Assembly (NCBI GenBank): GCA_043228905.1
Contig: JBHGNT010000008.1
Span: 11,780,001 to 11,844,000, forward strand
From: Azolla caroliniana
Lineage: Eukaryota > Plantae > Polypodiophyta
Direction: 5' to 3'
DNA length: 64,000 nt
Below the pieces are notes generated by a model, which was given only the letters and a program-made list of their open reading frames with translations, was not told the DNA's origin and ran no database searches. The position numbers and the translations under genes were made by a program. Positions 27,201 through 40,200 of this stretch are shown here, in pieces (position 1 is the stretch's first letter; every line of letters begins with the position of its first letter).

Positions 27201-29179
27201 CTTTTTCCTTTGCATCTCCTGAAGCCACGGGAAGTTGACGTGGTTCAACCGCTTGTTCTAAAAGTTGATGTCCAATTTGACTTTTTTCCCTTTGGCGAAC
27301 ATAGTGGTGCCAACGTTGTTCGTTTCGAGGATGAACATCCTCCCTTCTCGGCGCCCTTGCGCGATCATCTTGCCTTCTTCGTTGATGAAGCACCCAAGAT
27401 AAGTAAATCAAACTCGCATGCCTTGGTCAACAATTTGTCCGACCAACACCAAGTTTTGGGTGATTGTCAGCATATGCAAGTTCTAATTCTTTATCTATGT
27501 CATTCTACTGCAGTGTGTATCTGTAGGAGAATTCGCGTCAAATTCCTTCCTTTTGCAGATAGCTAGAGAACTAGTCGAAAAAGTACTCTTTCTTGCCATC
27601 AGAGCTTAGGCACTTGACCTTTCGACCTATCTCCCGTTTGGCAATGCTTGTCACCTTCAACAAGTAGGAGAATATTTCGCTTAAATCTTCTCGATCAAGC
27701 ACGCCCACGTGTGCCAAGTATGGTCATCAATGAAGTTTACAAAGTAAAGACTTCCACCGATACTCACATTCTACGTCCGTCCCCAGACATTCGAATGGAT
27801 TAAATCGAGCTTGTTTCGGCTCCGATTTTTTTTATTTGGGGATGGAAGTCGGTGATGCTTCCGTAACTGGTAAGCTTCGAAAACTTGGCCTTTTCAGCCA
27901 CTGAATTTTGTCAAGCTGAAAACAATGTTTTTTGTTTGCATCTCCTGAAGCCGCGGGAAGTTGACGTGGTTGAACCGCTTGTTCCACAAATCGATGTTTG
28001 ATTCGACTTTTTACCCTTTGGCAAACATAGTGTTGCCGACGTCGTTCATTTCGAGGAGGCTCAAAGGGACATCTCTGATGTGTTCGATGGGATGAGTGTT
28101 GTCATCGCCAGTTTTAACAACCCCCGGTTGCTCCGACCTTTCCAGAGTCGAGAACCACTCCTTGTGATTCGTCATGTGCTTTGATGCTCCCGGCTCCACA
28201 TACCACACCTCGTTCGAGCTTGAGTTGTTCACCGCCATTGAGTTTTCTTTGTGGTTCATCACGAACATTGGGCCTGATCCGTTCCGTTTCCGGCTATTCC
28301 TGTGCCCTCAACATAGTGCGTACTTTAACTCCTATCTGCATCCCCTCGACTCGATATAGCTTTGCCAGAATCTGTTTGCTTTTTCCAACACTCGCTCTGT
28401 CTATGCCCCTTTCGGCCACAATACCAATAGTCCACCATGGCCTTTCCTTGCCGACCTCCAGCACTGCCTTGACTCGCCCCTATTCGTGGAAGGTTCGGAA
28501 CTGTTGTCGGCATTTCAATTATGCCTTGAGTTCTTCTCCATTAGCCGCTTCCATTACGCGCTCACCTGCCTCGTCCACCACGACCACGTGGATGATCCGC
28601 CTTTGTATACAACATCTTATTGTCGATGTGCGTACTCGTCGACGCACCCTAGTGGTTTTCTTCTACGAGCAACATCGATTGTAACTCAAAAAATGAAGGC
28701 GTATTCTTCCTCATGTAGACCGTCGTTCGAAATGCTCCGAACTTCGATGCCAACCCTCAAAGGAAAACCTACACCATTTTTTCTTGCTCAACGTTCAAAT
28801 TGACGGAAACGAGGGAGTTGCAAATCTCCTTGATCTTGGAGGTGTAGTCAGCCACCAACATGTCTCTTTATCAGACGTTGCTCAGATCCTGTCTAAGCTG
28901 AAGCTTTCTAGTTGTGGTGCCCACGGCGAAAATGTTCTTCAGATTTACCCAAGCATCCTTCGGTGTCTTGGCATCCCGAATGTAGCTCAAAAGTTGATCG
29001 CTCACACAAGATGCAAAGCAATAGAGAACTCTACTTGCCTCCTGTTCCCAAGCCAGGAAATCTCTATGTTGACTCGAATGTTGCATCATTAGCTCCTTCG
29101 ACATAACTCCAGTTACCGTGCTCAAGGAAGTACTAGTGCATCTTGTATGACCAAGATGCATAGTTACTAATCTCGAGCT
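24260..29179 (-). mobile_element. Degenerate minus-strand copia family A fragment (gag to integrase) containing a tandem array
   Basis: Gag remnants at 28800-29179, protease region near 28200 (VWYVEPGASKHM), integrase remnants to ~24260. Confidence 0.85.
24588..28055 (-). repeat. Tandem array of about five ~725-bp units of copia GAG-pre-integrase/integrase core
   Basis: A recurrent marker (CATGCAAG)TTCCGATTCTTCCTCTC lies near 24588, 25312, 26039, 26755 and 27481. Repeated ORF fragments MSIGGSRYFVTFIDD and RREGRMFILE. Confidence 0.88.
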
Positions 29180-31344
29180 TGTTGAGAGACAAGCTCAACA
29201 TTGGGTGTGTAAACAGGTGCATAACCCAGTGTGTAGACTGGGCACGTAAAACTATACGCACAATATGGTCGTAGCGGTGTGTAAACCGAGAGGCCATTAG
29301 AATGTTATTCCTCGGAAGAAATAATTTTCGGAGTAAGTGTAGGATGCTCATTTATGAGCGGTCAAGTACTGTAAGTACTTGTTGGCCCAATAGTCAGGGT
29401 TTGTATAAAAGGTGCTCACTGAGCACGAAGTATGTACAGAGAACATACAAAGAATTATTTTTTAATATAGTTTCGTTCTCTCTCTCTCTCTCTCTCTCCT
29501 TCTCTGTGATTTATGCGTTTTACCAAACTGTCGTACTTCCGAACCGTGTACTCTGTCTGTGTCTTTCGCATACGCTTCCAGACACGTATTCTTTTACATG
29601 GTATCAGAGTGCGAGGGTTCAGACTCCTCTACAACTGATAAAAAAGCTTGTGATAAAGACAGAGTTAAGTTATTGTTTTCGGAAAGGATAAGACATCAAT
29701 ATGGATAGAGGAATAGGAAGCTCGCTATCGACTGAGAAGCTCGATAGGAGCAACTATGCATCTTGGTCGTACAAGATGCACCAGTACCTGCTTGTTCATG
29801 GTTACTGGAGTTATGCCGAAGGAGCTAATGATACAACACCCGAATTGACACACAGAGATTTTTCGGCTTGGGAACAAGTGGCAAGCAGAGTTCTTTACTG
29901 CTTCGTGTCCTGTGTGACCGACCAGCTCTTGAGCTACATTCGAGATGCTAAGATGCCGAAGAACGCGTGGGCGAATCTCAAGGGAATATTCGCCACTAGC
30001 ACAATGACCAGGAAGCTGCAACTCAGGCAAGACCTCAGCAATGTCCAACAGAAAGATCTGTATGTGGCTGATTACATGGCCCAAATCAAGGAGATCTGCG
30101 ACTCTCTCGACTCCGTCAACGTGAACACGAGGAGGACAAAATCATGCAAGTTTATCTAGGAGGTTTAGCGTCAAAGTTCGGAGCATTCCGAACGGCAGTC
30201 TGCACAAGGGAGAACACGCCTTCGTTCTTCAAGCTTTAGTTGATGTTTCTCGTGGAGGAAAATCACACGGGTGTGTCGACGAGTACGCACGTTGATGGCA
30301 GGATGTTGTACATGGAGGAAGATAGGCCCCGTGGTCGTGGTAGACGAGGAGGATCGGTGCACAATGGAGGTGGACGAAAAGAGCAGAATGTGCGGCATAA
30401 TCGAAATGTCGGAAGCAGGGGGAGTCATAGCGGTGCTGGAACCCGGCAAGAGAAGGCCGCGACAGATTGTTGGTACTGTTGCAAGAAAGGCCATAGAGAG
30501 AGCGAGTAGTGGAAAAAAAGAGTGGATTCAAACAAAGTCGGATCAAGCGAAAGAGACGCAGGAAGACGTCAGAAATCGCACTACGCTGAGGGCTCCAAAC
30601 GAGCCGGAAATGGATCGGGCCCAACCTTCGTAATGAAGCACAAGGCCAATTTGATGGTCGTGAACACCTCGAAACCAAGCGAGGTGCTATGTTGCTTCCG
30701 GAGCAACAAATCATATGACAAGTCATGAGGAATGGATCTCACACTTGGAAAAACCGGAAAAGCAAGGAGTGGTCGAAACTGGAGACGACACTCTACATAC
30801 CATGTCGGTGAATTTCCCCTCAGCCACGTTGGGCAGAAAGGGAAACTCATGAACGTGTTGCACATCCCTACAATAACCAAGAACCTGGAGTCGATCGGTC
30901 AAATCGTCGACCTGGGGATGCAAGTTCGATTCACGTACCTGAGGTGCTACATCAAAGAGGAAGGCCAAGTTATCGCGCAAGGGTGTCGTGAAGGGAGGAT
31001 GTTTATCCTCAACACCAATCAAGCCGGAACCATGTTGTTCGCAAAAGGACAGAAGGTCGAGTTGGACATCGACCTGTGACACAAGTGGTTCGGCCATGTT
31101 AACTTCCCACGGCTTCGTGAAATGGAAATGAAGAACATTGTTTTCAGTTTTCAAAATTTCATTGCTGGGATGGCCAAGTCTGCGAAGCCTACCAACTCGG
31201 GAAGCAGCACCGACTTCCATTCCCCAATGAGCATAATGTTGGGATTTTCGGTCCCTCCGGATGGGATGTCCGGAGATGAATGACGGCAAGCCCGGTTACG
31301 GTTACGGAACCGGATGAAGATACAGGTCCGGTGAGCGCACTCTC

Positions 31345-31520
31345 CGGATGATGAAGAGTACCCGGATACGGATCCGGATGATGAAGTACCCGGATACGGA
31401 TCCGGATGATGAAGTACCCGGATACGGATCCGGATGATGAAGACCCCGGCTACGGAGCCGGATGACGAAGACCCGGCTCCGAGCCGGATGATGAATGTAC
31501 CCGGAGAGAGATCCGGATGC
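31345..31520 (+). repeat. 28-bp tandem repeats in U3 (CCGGATGATGAAGTACCCGGATACGGAT), also ~36184-36359
   Basis: Directly visible reiteration. Confidence 0.85.
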
Positions 31521-31988
31521 GGGGACATATTTATAAATATGTTTGCCAAGAGCCCTTGAGGCTATATGTGTAAATAGTCCGAAAGTCATATGTGTATAAA
31601 TATGACTTAGGGCAAACAGTTTAGTGTGGTTGCTCATTTTTCATGAGAAGTGAGAGCAGCCGAGAGAGAGAGAGAGAGACAGAAACGAAGAGGTCGACGC
31701 CTCTGTGTAATACCGCCGCCTGTGGCGAGGACAGCGAGCTCAAGATCGTCGCCTTGCAGCTCGCCATTGTATATTCCAGTGTATAGTGATAGTTGGAGTC
31801 GTGCACTCCCGTGGTTTTTCCCGTTTAGGGTTTTCCACGTTATACCCTGTGTAGTCGTCTCTCTGTGTTTTTTTTCTTTCCCATTTTCTGTTGTATTGAT
31901 CCGCGTTGTCTCGGTTGTGGCCGAGAGGCGAAAGATTGGATAGCGTCAAATCTCTACAAACTGGTATCAGAGCACGGTAACACAGAAA

Positions 31989-34900
31989 ATGGAAGGCGGC
32001 GGTAGTGGGCCTCCGGGCATGATGGTGCTGAATGCACAGAACTACGCCGACTGGAAGATCAAGATGGAGGATCTTCTGATTGTTCGGGACCTGTACGAAC
32101 CGATTGACAGGTCGGAAATACCGAAGGGGGTACTTGAGACGGAATGGAGGCTTCTGAACCGGAAAGCCGTAGCGACGATCCGGCAATATGTCGATGTAAG
32201 CGTCCTACAACATGTGGCGAACGACACCAACGCATACGAGATGTGGAAGAAGCTGTCGGGCCTCTACGAGAGGAAGAATGCGTTGAACCGGACCTCCCTG
32301 ATGAGAAAGATAGTGAACCTCAAGTACCGGGACGGCGAGAGTATGGTGGAACACGTAAGCACGTTCATGGGATTCGTGAACCAGCTTGCGGCGATCAAGT
32401 TCCCGTTGGAGGATGCAATGCAAGCCATCATCTTGATGTGTACATTGCCGGACAGCTGGGAGAACTTGGTGGTGACTCTCAGCACCTCCTGCACCGAAGA
32501 TAACTTGTCTCTACAAACGGTAAAGACAAGTATTCTAAATGAAGAAGCGCGTCGGAGAGATAAAGAACCGGCCTCCGACTCGAAGGCGCTGCTTACCGAA
32601 TCGGAACGGGGAAGACAATGGAACCGGAGTCCGCAAAGACGGGAGAAGTCGGGGACCCGGTCGCAGTCAAGAGGAAGACCCACATGCTTCCACTGTGGGA
32701 AGCCGGGGCACTTCCGGAAGAATTGTCGGCATTACCGAAAGGACATCGGAGCCGATGACACCGATTCGAAGAAGTCACCGGATAGAAACGGTGCATACCG
32801 GGGAGCAACGGACCGGAGAGGTTCGGATCGGCGAGGGCAGGACCGGAAAGGAACGACGGCACTCGCGGCAAGTGAAGAGGAGATCATGCTCATTACCGAA
32901 GAGAGGGAGCTGAACCTTGCCGGAGGAGAGATGACCTGGGTGGTCGATTCCGGAGCGTCGTTCCACCTGACCCCGGAGAAGAAATACTTCTCATCCTACA
33001 CAGCCGGTGAGCATGGTTGTGTTCGGATGGGAAATGAAGGTACGTGCCGGATCGCCGGCATAGGAGACGTGTGGTTGACAACCTCGACCGGATGCAAAAT
33101 GCTGCTGAAGGATGTTCGACACGTTCCGGAGGTTCGATTGAACCTAATTTCGGCCGGGAGGCTAGACGATGAAGGCTACACGGGTAGCATCCGGAACGGT
33201 GTCATGAAGTTCAGCAAAGGGAGCCTGATAGTGGCTCGGGCCCGGAAGATCAACACACTGTACCTGATGAATTCCCGGCTATGTCCGGAGGAGTTGAATG
33301 TGGCAGCCGACACTGCCGGTGAGCTGTGGCACAAGAGACTGTGCCACATGAGTAAGAAGGGGATGAAGAGGCTTGCAGAAGACAACCTCATTCCAGTGAA
33401 GCATGTGCACCTGGAGAAGTGCACCGATTGCCTGGCCGGTAAGCAGAACCGGACCTCCTTCCACTCAAGGCCACCGACGAGACGTAGTGCACCATTGGAG
33501 TTGGTGCACACTGACGTGTGTCAGGTAGAAACGAAGTCACATGGCGGAGCCCAGTACTTCGTGACATTCATTGATGACCACAGCCGGAAGCTGTGGACAG
33601 CGCCGTTGAAGACAAAGGACCAAGTGTTGGGCGTCTTCAAAGAACTCCACGCGAGAGTGGAAAGAGAATCCGGCAAGAAGCTGAAAGCAATACGAGCGGA
33701 TAACGGAGGGGAATACCGGGGGCAGTTCCAGGAGTACTGTCGCTCGAAGGGAATCCGACTCGAGTTTACTGTGCCGAAGACGCCGGAACTGAACGGGCTG
33801 GCCGAGAGGATGAACCGGACCATAATGGAGAGGGTCCGGAGTATGCTGGCGCATGCGAAATTACCCAAGGGATTTTGGGCTGAGGCAATGTCGACGGCGA
33901 CGTATGTGATAAACAGATCACCCTCAGTACCTTTGGACGGAGACACGCCGCAGAAAGTGTGGACCGGTAAGGAAGTGTCCTACCGGCATCTGAAGGTGTT
34001 CGGGTGTCTCGCATATGTGCATGTGGCAAAGGACCGGAGAGGAAAGCTAGATCCAAAGACCCGGCCATGCGTATTCCTCGGTTACGGTGACGACGAGTTC
34101 GGCTACCGAGTATGGGACCCGGTCGACAAGAAGATATTCAGGAGTCGAGATATCATCTTCATGGAGGACAAGACGCTCGCCGACTGGGAGTCGGAGAAGA
34201 AGATGAAGAGCTCCAAGTCGACCGGTGAGGATAAACTCTACGAGGAGCAGTCCCGACCGGCAAGGGACCGGTTAACACTCGAAGACCCGGCCGAAGACGG
34301 TGAAGAAACAGAACCGGCCGAAGAAGATGAAAATGATACCGGAACCGGCCCCGATCCCGAAATGAATTCGGATGAAGAAGAAGAATCGGAAGAACCGGTT
34401 ACCGAAGCTCCCGAACGGAGATATCCTCTAAGAGAGAGAAGGGCCCCCCGGAGATTTCCGGAACCAGAGCACGTGCTGCTAACCGACGAGGGGGAGCCGG
34501 AGAGCTTTGAAGAAGCAAAGCACGACACCCAGAGCCGCAGGTGGTTAAGTGCCATGCAGGAGGAGATGGATTCCCTGCATGAGAACCACACATATGAACT
34601 TGTGGAGTTGCCGAAAGGAAAGCGGGCACTTCGAAACAAGTGGGTGTTCAAGCTGAAACCGGGAGATGCCGGAAACCCCCCGAGATACAAAGCCAGGATC
34701 GTGGTGAAGGGGTTCCAGCAGAAGAAGGGCGTCGACTTCGACGAGATATTTGCCCCGGTAGTGAAGATGAACTCCATCCGGACGGTGCTGAGCATAGCGG
34801 CAAGCATGGACCTCGAGGTAGAACAGATGGACGTGAAGACGGCATTCCTTCACGGTGACCTCGAGGAAGAGATCTACATGCAGCAACCGGAAGGATTCGA

Positions 34901-36065
34901 GAAGAAAGGGAAGGAGCACCTGGTATGCCGGTTGAAGAAGAGCCTCTACGGTCTGAAGCAGGCTCCCCGGCAGTGGTACCGGAAGTTCGACTCCTTCATG
35001 ACCGACGAAGGGTACCACAAGACGCAGTCCGATCACTGCGTGTTTGTGAAGGAGTTCGAAGGAGGAGACTCTCTAATACTCCTCCTGTACGTGGACGACA
35101 TGTTGATCGTCGGACGGGACCAGGTCAAGATACGGATGCTGAAGAAGGCCCTTCACCGAACCTTCTCAATGAAGGACCTGGGTCCGGCGAGGCAAATACT
35201 GGGGATGCATATCATCCGGGACCGGAAGAAGAAGCAGTTGTGGCTGTCACAGGAGAAGTACGTGACAAAGGTGCTTCACCGGTTCAACATGTCAGAAGCA
35301 AGACCAGTCGGGTCGACTCTCCCGGCAAACTGCAAGCTGTCCAGCAAGCAAAGTCCCAAGACAAAGGCTGAGAAGGAGGATATGATGAAAGTGCCGTATG
35401 CCTCAGCCGTCGGGAGCTTGATGTACGCGATGGTGTGTACCCGACCGGACATAGGATATGCAGTCGGAGTGGTGAGTCGGTACATGAGCAATCCCGGCAA
35501 AGAGCATTGGAACGCGGCCAAGTGGATACTCCGATACCTGAAGGGCACGGCAAACGTGTGCCTCCGATTCGGCTCCGGTAAGCCCGAACTCGACGGCTTC
35601 ACCGATTCGGATATGTCGGCTGATGCAGATACCAGCCGGTCCACATCAGGGTATGTGATGACGTATGCAGGGGGAGCTGTTTCGTGGCAGTCGAGGCTGC
35701 AGAAGACGGTTGCGTTGTCAACCACGGAGGCGGAGTACATGGCGGCCGTTGAAGCCGGCAAGGAAATAATATGGATGAAGGACTTCATTAGAGAGCTCGG
35801 TATCCGACAGGAGGAATACCGACTCTACTGCGACAGTCAGAGTGCCATCCACCTTGCGAAGAACGCGGCCTATCACTCCCGGACGAAGCACATCCAGCGA
35901 AGATATCACTGGATCCGGGAAAGGATAGAAGACCAGGAGTTCATGCTGACGAAGATCCACACGGACGAGAACGGGTCAGACATGCTAACCAAAGTGCTCA
36001 CACCCGACAAGCTGGAAGCGTGCCGGAAGAGGGTCGGACTGGAGAGACATCCCATGCCGAAGTGA
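31989..36065 (+). CDS. Copia Gag-Pol polyprotein, 1358 aa (Gag, CCHC knuckle, protease, GAG-pre-integrase, integrase, RT, RNase H)
   Basis: CFHCGKPGHFRKNC; WVVDSGAS; LWHKRLCH...CTDC; VHTDV, ADNGGE, NGLAER; YVDD; ALSTTEAEY. Confidence 0.96.
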   Translation: MEGGGSGPPGMMVLNAQNYADWKIKMEDLLIVRDLYEPIDRSEIPKGVLETEWRLLNRKAVATIRQYVDVSVLQHVANDTNAYEMWKKLSGLYERKNALNRTSLMRKIVNLKYRDGESMVEHVSTFMGFVNQLAAIKFPLEDAMQAIILMCTLPDSWENLVVTLSTSCTEDNLSLQTVKTSILNEEARRRDKEPASDSKALLTESERGRQWNRSPQRREKSGTRSQSRGRPTCFHCGKPGHFRKNCRHYRKDIGADDTDSKKSPDRNGAYRGATDRRGSDRRGQDRKGTTALAASEEEIMLITEERELNLAGGEMTWVVDSGASFHLTPEKKYFSSYTAGEHGCVRMGNEGTCRIAGIGDVWLTTSTGCKMLLKDVRHVPEVRLNLISAGRLDDEGYTGSIRNGVMKFSKGSLIVARARKINTLYLMNSRLCPEELNVAADTAGELWHKRLCHMSKKGMKRLAEDNLIPVKHVHLEKCTDCLAGKQNRTSFHSRPPTRRSAPLELVHTDVCQVETKSHGGAQYFVTFIDDHSRKLWTAPLKTKDQVLGVFKELHARVERESGKKLKAIRADNGGEYRGQFQEYCRSKGIRLEFTVPKTPELNGLAERMNRTIMERVRSMLAHAKLPKGFWAEAMSTATYVINRSPSVPLDGDTPQKVWTGKEVSYRHLKVFGCLAYVHVAKDRRGKLDPKTRPCVFLGYGDDEFGYRVWDPVDKKIFRSRDIIFMEDKTLADWESEKKMKSSKSTGEDKLYEEQSRPARDRLTLEDPAEDGEETEPAEEDENDTGTGPDPEMNSDEEEESEEPVTEAPERRYPLRERRAPRRFPEPEHVLLTDEGEPESFEEAKHDTQSRRWLSAMQEEMDSLHENHTYELVELPKGKRALRNKWVFKLKPGDAGNPPRYKARIVVKGFQQKKGVDFDEIFAPVVKMNSIRTVLSIAASMDLEVEQMDVKTAFLHGDLEEEIYMQQPEGFEKKGKEHLVCRLKKSLYGLKQAPRQWYRKFDSFMTDEGYHKTQSDHCVFVKEFEGGDSLILLLYVDDMLIVGRDQVKIRMLKKALHRTFSMKDLGPARQILGMHIIRDRKKKQLWLSQEKYVTKVLHRFNMSEARPVGSTLPANCKLSSKQSPKTKAEKEDMMKVPYASAVGSLMYAMVCTRPDIGYAVGVVSRYMSNPGKEHWNAAKWILRYLKGTANVCLRFGSGKPELDGFTDSDMSADADTSRSTSGYVMTYAGGAVSWQSRLQKTVALSTTEAEYMAAVEAGKEIIWMKDFIRELGIRQEEYRLYCDSQSAIHLAKNAAYHSRTKHIQRRYHWIRERIEDQEFMLTKIHTDENGSDMLTKVLTPDKLEACRKRVGLERHPMPK

Positions 36066-36797
36066 AGGGGGAGTTTGTTGGGATTTTCGGTCCCTCCGGA
36101 TGGGATGTCCGGAGATGAATGACGGCAAGCCCGGTTACGGTTACGGAACCGGATGAAGATACAGGTCCGGTGAGCGCACTCTCCGGATGATGAAGAGTAC
36201 CCGGATACGGATCCGGATGATGAAGTACCCGGATACGGATCCGGATGATGAAGTACCCGGATACGGATCCGGATGATGAAGACCCCGGCTACGGAGCCGG
36301 ATGACGAAGACCCGGCTCCGAGCCGGATGATGAATGTACCCGGAGAGAGATCCGGATGCGGGGACATATTTATAAATATGTTTGCCAAGAGCCCTTGAGG
36401 CTATATGTGTAAATAGTCCGAAAGTCATATGTGTATAAATATGACTTAGGGCAAACAGTTTAGTGTGGTTGCTCATTTTTCATGAGAAGTGAGAGCAGCC
36501 GAGAGAGAGAGAGAGAGACAGAAACGAAGAGGTCGACGCCTCTGTGTAATACCGCCGCCTGTGGCGAGGACAGCGAGCTCAAGATCGTCGCCTTGCAGCT
36601 CGCCATTGTATATTCCAGTGTATAGTGATAGTTGGAGTCGTGCACTCCCGTGGTTTTTCCCGTTTAGGGTTTTCCACGTTATACCCTGTGTAGTCGTCTC
36701 TCTGTGTTTTTTTTCTTTCCCATTTTCTGTTGTATTGATCCGCGTTGTCTCGGTTGTGGCCGAGAGGCGAAAGATTGGATAGCGTCAAATCTCTACA

Positions 36798-37224
36798 AAC
36801 TGGTATCAGAGCACGGTAACACAGAAAATGGAAGGCGGCGGTAGTGGGCCTCCGGGCATGATGGTGCTGAATGCACAGAACTACGCCGACTGGAAGATCA
36901 AGATGGAGGATCTTCTGATTGTTCGGGACCTGTACGAACCGATTGACAGGTCGGAAATACCGAAGGGGGTACTTGAGACGGAATGGAGGCTTCTGAACCG
37001 GAAAGCCGTAGCGACGATCCGGCAATATGTCGATGTAAGCGTCCTACAACATGTGGCGAACGACACCAACGCATACGAGATGTGGAAGAAGCTGTCGGGC
37101 CTCTACGAGAGGAAGAATGCGTTGAACCGGACCTCCCTGATGAGAAAGATAGTGAACCTCAAGTACCGGGACGGCGAGAGTATGGTGGAACACGTAAGCA
37201 CGTTCATGGGATTCGTGAACCAGC
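36798..37224 (+). pseudogene. gag: Second PBS plus truncated duplicate gag following the 3' LTR
   Basis: Identical to 31959-32385 up to ...GTGAACCAGC, then switches to host copia-A integrase. Confidence 0.92.
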
Positions 37225-40200
37225 ATGTACAATCGCGAAAAAGAGTGAAGTCTTCGCATGTTTCCTGAAGGTAAAGAACCTTGCAGAAAGGGACACAGGG
37301 CGTAAGATCAAATGCCTACGGTTCGATGGCGGGAAGAAGTATTTCTTCCACTAGTTCACAAGTTATCTACAAAAGGAAGGAATTCGACGCGAATTCTCGT
37401 GTAGATACACGTTGTAGGAGAATGGCGTGGTCGAGCGGAAGAATCGGACAATTGAGGAAACGGCCAGGGCAATGCTTGAAGAGAAGCATATGTTGAGGTT
37501 TTACTATGTCGAAGCCGTAAGGACAACAATTTATTTGCAGAATCGGACTTCTGCTAATGGAGGAGTGTCGCCACATGAGTTGTATTTCGGGAAAAAGCCG
37601 AACCTAGCACACTTGAGGGTTTTCGGCAGCATTGCGTATGTGCATGTGCCGAAGGAGAAGAGGAAGTTGGACGCCAAAGCCGAGAAGTGTATCTTGGTCG
37701 GCTAATCAGACAAGCAAAAGGGGTATAAGTGTTATAACCCCTGAACAAAGGAAGTTCACATAAGCCGAGATGTCGTGTTCGACAATTCCGTCTCGTGGTA
37801 CTTGCCTTCACCTCCAATACCTCATGACTCCATTCCGAATTCTGAAGAAGAGGTCAACGAGGACGAGTTGTCTCCGCGTGATGAGGAAATCAGAGCACTG
37901 AATGAGAGTTCGATCTCATTTTGGCTAAGTGGGCCGAATGAGGGGTTGGGCCAAGATGGCCAACCAAATGAAGAGTCAGCGAGTAGTGGAGACTCGATCG
38001 TGTTGTCCCCGCGTAAAGAACCAAGGAGACAGTTTACGCATAAAGAAAAAGGGAAGAAGAAAATGTCGGAATACGATTTTGATAGTCCCAAGTCAAATCA
38101 GAGCAAATCTGACTTCGGGCCAATCGAGAAGGAACCTTCGTAGAAGAGGTCGAAATCGGCTGGAAAGGTCGTGAAATCGGGCAATCACAAATTACGCCGA
38201 TCTACCCACCTAAAGAACCTTGTAAAAAGATACGGGTACAACGAATACATGGCACACCATTATGTGTACATGACATGAGTGGCGAAAGTGTGTGAGCCGA
38301 AGAGCTACGCAGAAGCGGTGGAAGAAGCAAATTGGCGTGTCGCGATGGAGGAAGAGATGTGCACATTATCGGACAACGACACTTGGGACCTAGTTGACAC
38401 ACACCTAAAGGTGTTAAGACAATCGGATGCAGATGGGTGTTTAAGGTGAAATACGACACCGACAGCTCGGTCTACCGATATATCGTTGCGAAAGGCTACA
38501 TGCAAAAGTACGGCGTAGATTACGGCGAGACGTTCACGCCGGTCGCGAAGATGACCACGGTGTGCGTCCTGCTAGCCGTAGTAGCGGCGAAGGGGTGGCA
38601 TCTACATCAAATGGATGTAAAGAATACGTTCTTGCAAGGTGATCTTGAGGATCAGGTGTACATGGTACAACCCCCCCAGATTTCTATCCGAACATAACAC
38701 TTCGGCCGTTTGCCGATTGAAGAAGGCGTTATACAGACTTAAACAAGCCTCGTGAGCTTGGAACGCAAAGATTACGCAATGGTTGCATAGAATGGGGTTT
38801 ACGACATCCAAGTCAGACTCTTCATTGTTCATTCGCAAGATCGACATGGACCGGTTTGTCTTTTACTTTATGTTGATGATTTAGTCATCATCGGTGCCAA
38901 TCTGGAAGAAATCGGCCACGTAAAGTCTCAACTTGTGGCATCGTTTGAAATGAAGGATGTTGGCGACCTTCATTTCTTCCTCGGGATCAAAGTGATCTGC
39001 ACCCCGAAGGCATATTAATCAGATAGCGTCACTACGCACTGAATATGCTCTTTAATTTAGGATGGCAGATTGTAAGCCCATCTCGACCCCTCTGGATAGA
39101 AATGTAAAGCTTCACCAAGATTCGGGAAAGGCATGCAACCCGACACGGTTCCGACAGATTGTCAGAAGCCTAATCTAGTTGACCATCACTCGGCCGGATC
39201 TCAATTACCCAGTAGGCTTAGTCAGTCAATTTATGTCGCAACCATGGCTGAACACTTTTAGTGCATGCAAAGGATAATGTGATATGTCAGTGGCACTAAA
39301 GTCATGGCGTTGTTGTATCGGGCAGGCGTAGCCGAACAATTAGTTGGCTATACACAGATGCCAATTGGGCCGGAAATGCCCACGATCGTAGATCCACATC
39401 CGGATACGCATTCTCATTGGGGAGTGTGGCGATCGCGTGGAGCAGGAGGAAGCGACTGACAGTAGTGTTGTCGAGCACGGAGGCCAAATATCAAGGGGGG
39501 ACTGTCGCTACATGCGAAGTCATTTGGCTGAAACGGCTACTACCGGATTTGCATGTGGAGGTGTCTGATCTAAGGGTGATCTATTGCAACAACCTCACCA
39601 TCATCCAGCTTGCGAAAAACCCTGTATTCCACGCCCCGACCAAGCACATTGAGGTGCACTAACATTTTGTCCGCGAGCGTGTCCTTTCTGGTTAAGTCGA
39701 ACTAGCGTATGTTCCGACGGGTCGGCAGATTGTCGACATCTTCACCAAGCCCCTTGGTCTCGACAAGTTGCGGCATTTCTCGAGTGAGTTGGGTTTGCGT
39801 CACCTCAACATGCCGAACTTGAGGGGAAGACAACAAGAGCGTGAACGTGAAAGGAGCGGTAGTGACCGCAATGCCGAATCGGTTGAAGATTTCGATTTCG
39901 GGTCGGCTGAAGAAGCCGAAGAAGAAAATAGGGGTTGTAATCACAAGGAAGAGCCGAAGACAGCCAAACAAAGAGGAAATACAGCCAAGAAGGGCATAAA
40001 GTCCAAGACCAAGACGTACTCTCATGTTGTCAAGGGCCTAAAAACAGAAGACGAATTGGAGACAACCAATTCGGGCGAAAGTGAAATTAAATTGGAAGTG
40101 ACCGATTCAATCAAAATGTTTGATTCGGACATTACGAATCGACTGAGGGCCAAGCAGAGGAAAGGACAGCGAAAGAGGCACCAACACCGCGATAGCAAGG

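Larger units (their letters stand above)
31237..36797 (+). mobile_element. Intact Tork/Tnt1-like Ty1/copia retrotransposon
   Basis: 722-bp LTRs 31237-31958 and 36076-36797 appear identical. PBS TGGTATCAGAGC 31962-31973, PPT GAAGGGGGAG, single ORF. Confidence 0.96.

Noticed and set aside
31345-31520. CRISPR-like 28-bp repeats
   Set aside because: They are contiguous repeats without unique spacers, lie inside an LTR, and no cas genes are present.
32042-35960. Numerous antisense and alternate-frame ORFs over the copia polyprotein
   Set aside because: Shadow ORFs of a GC-rich coding region with no recognisable domains.
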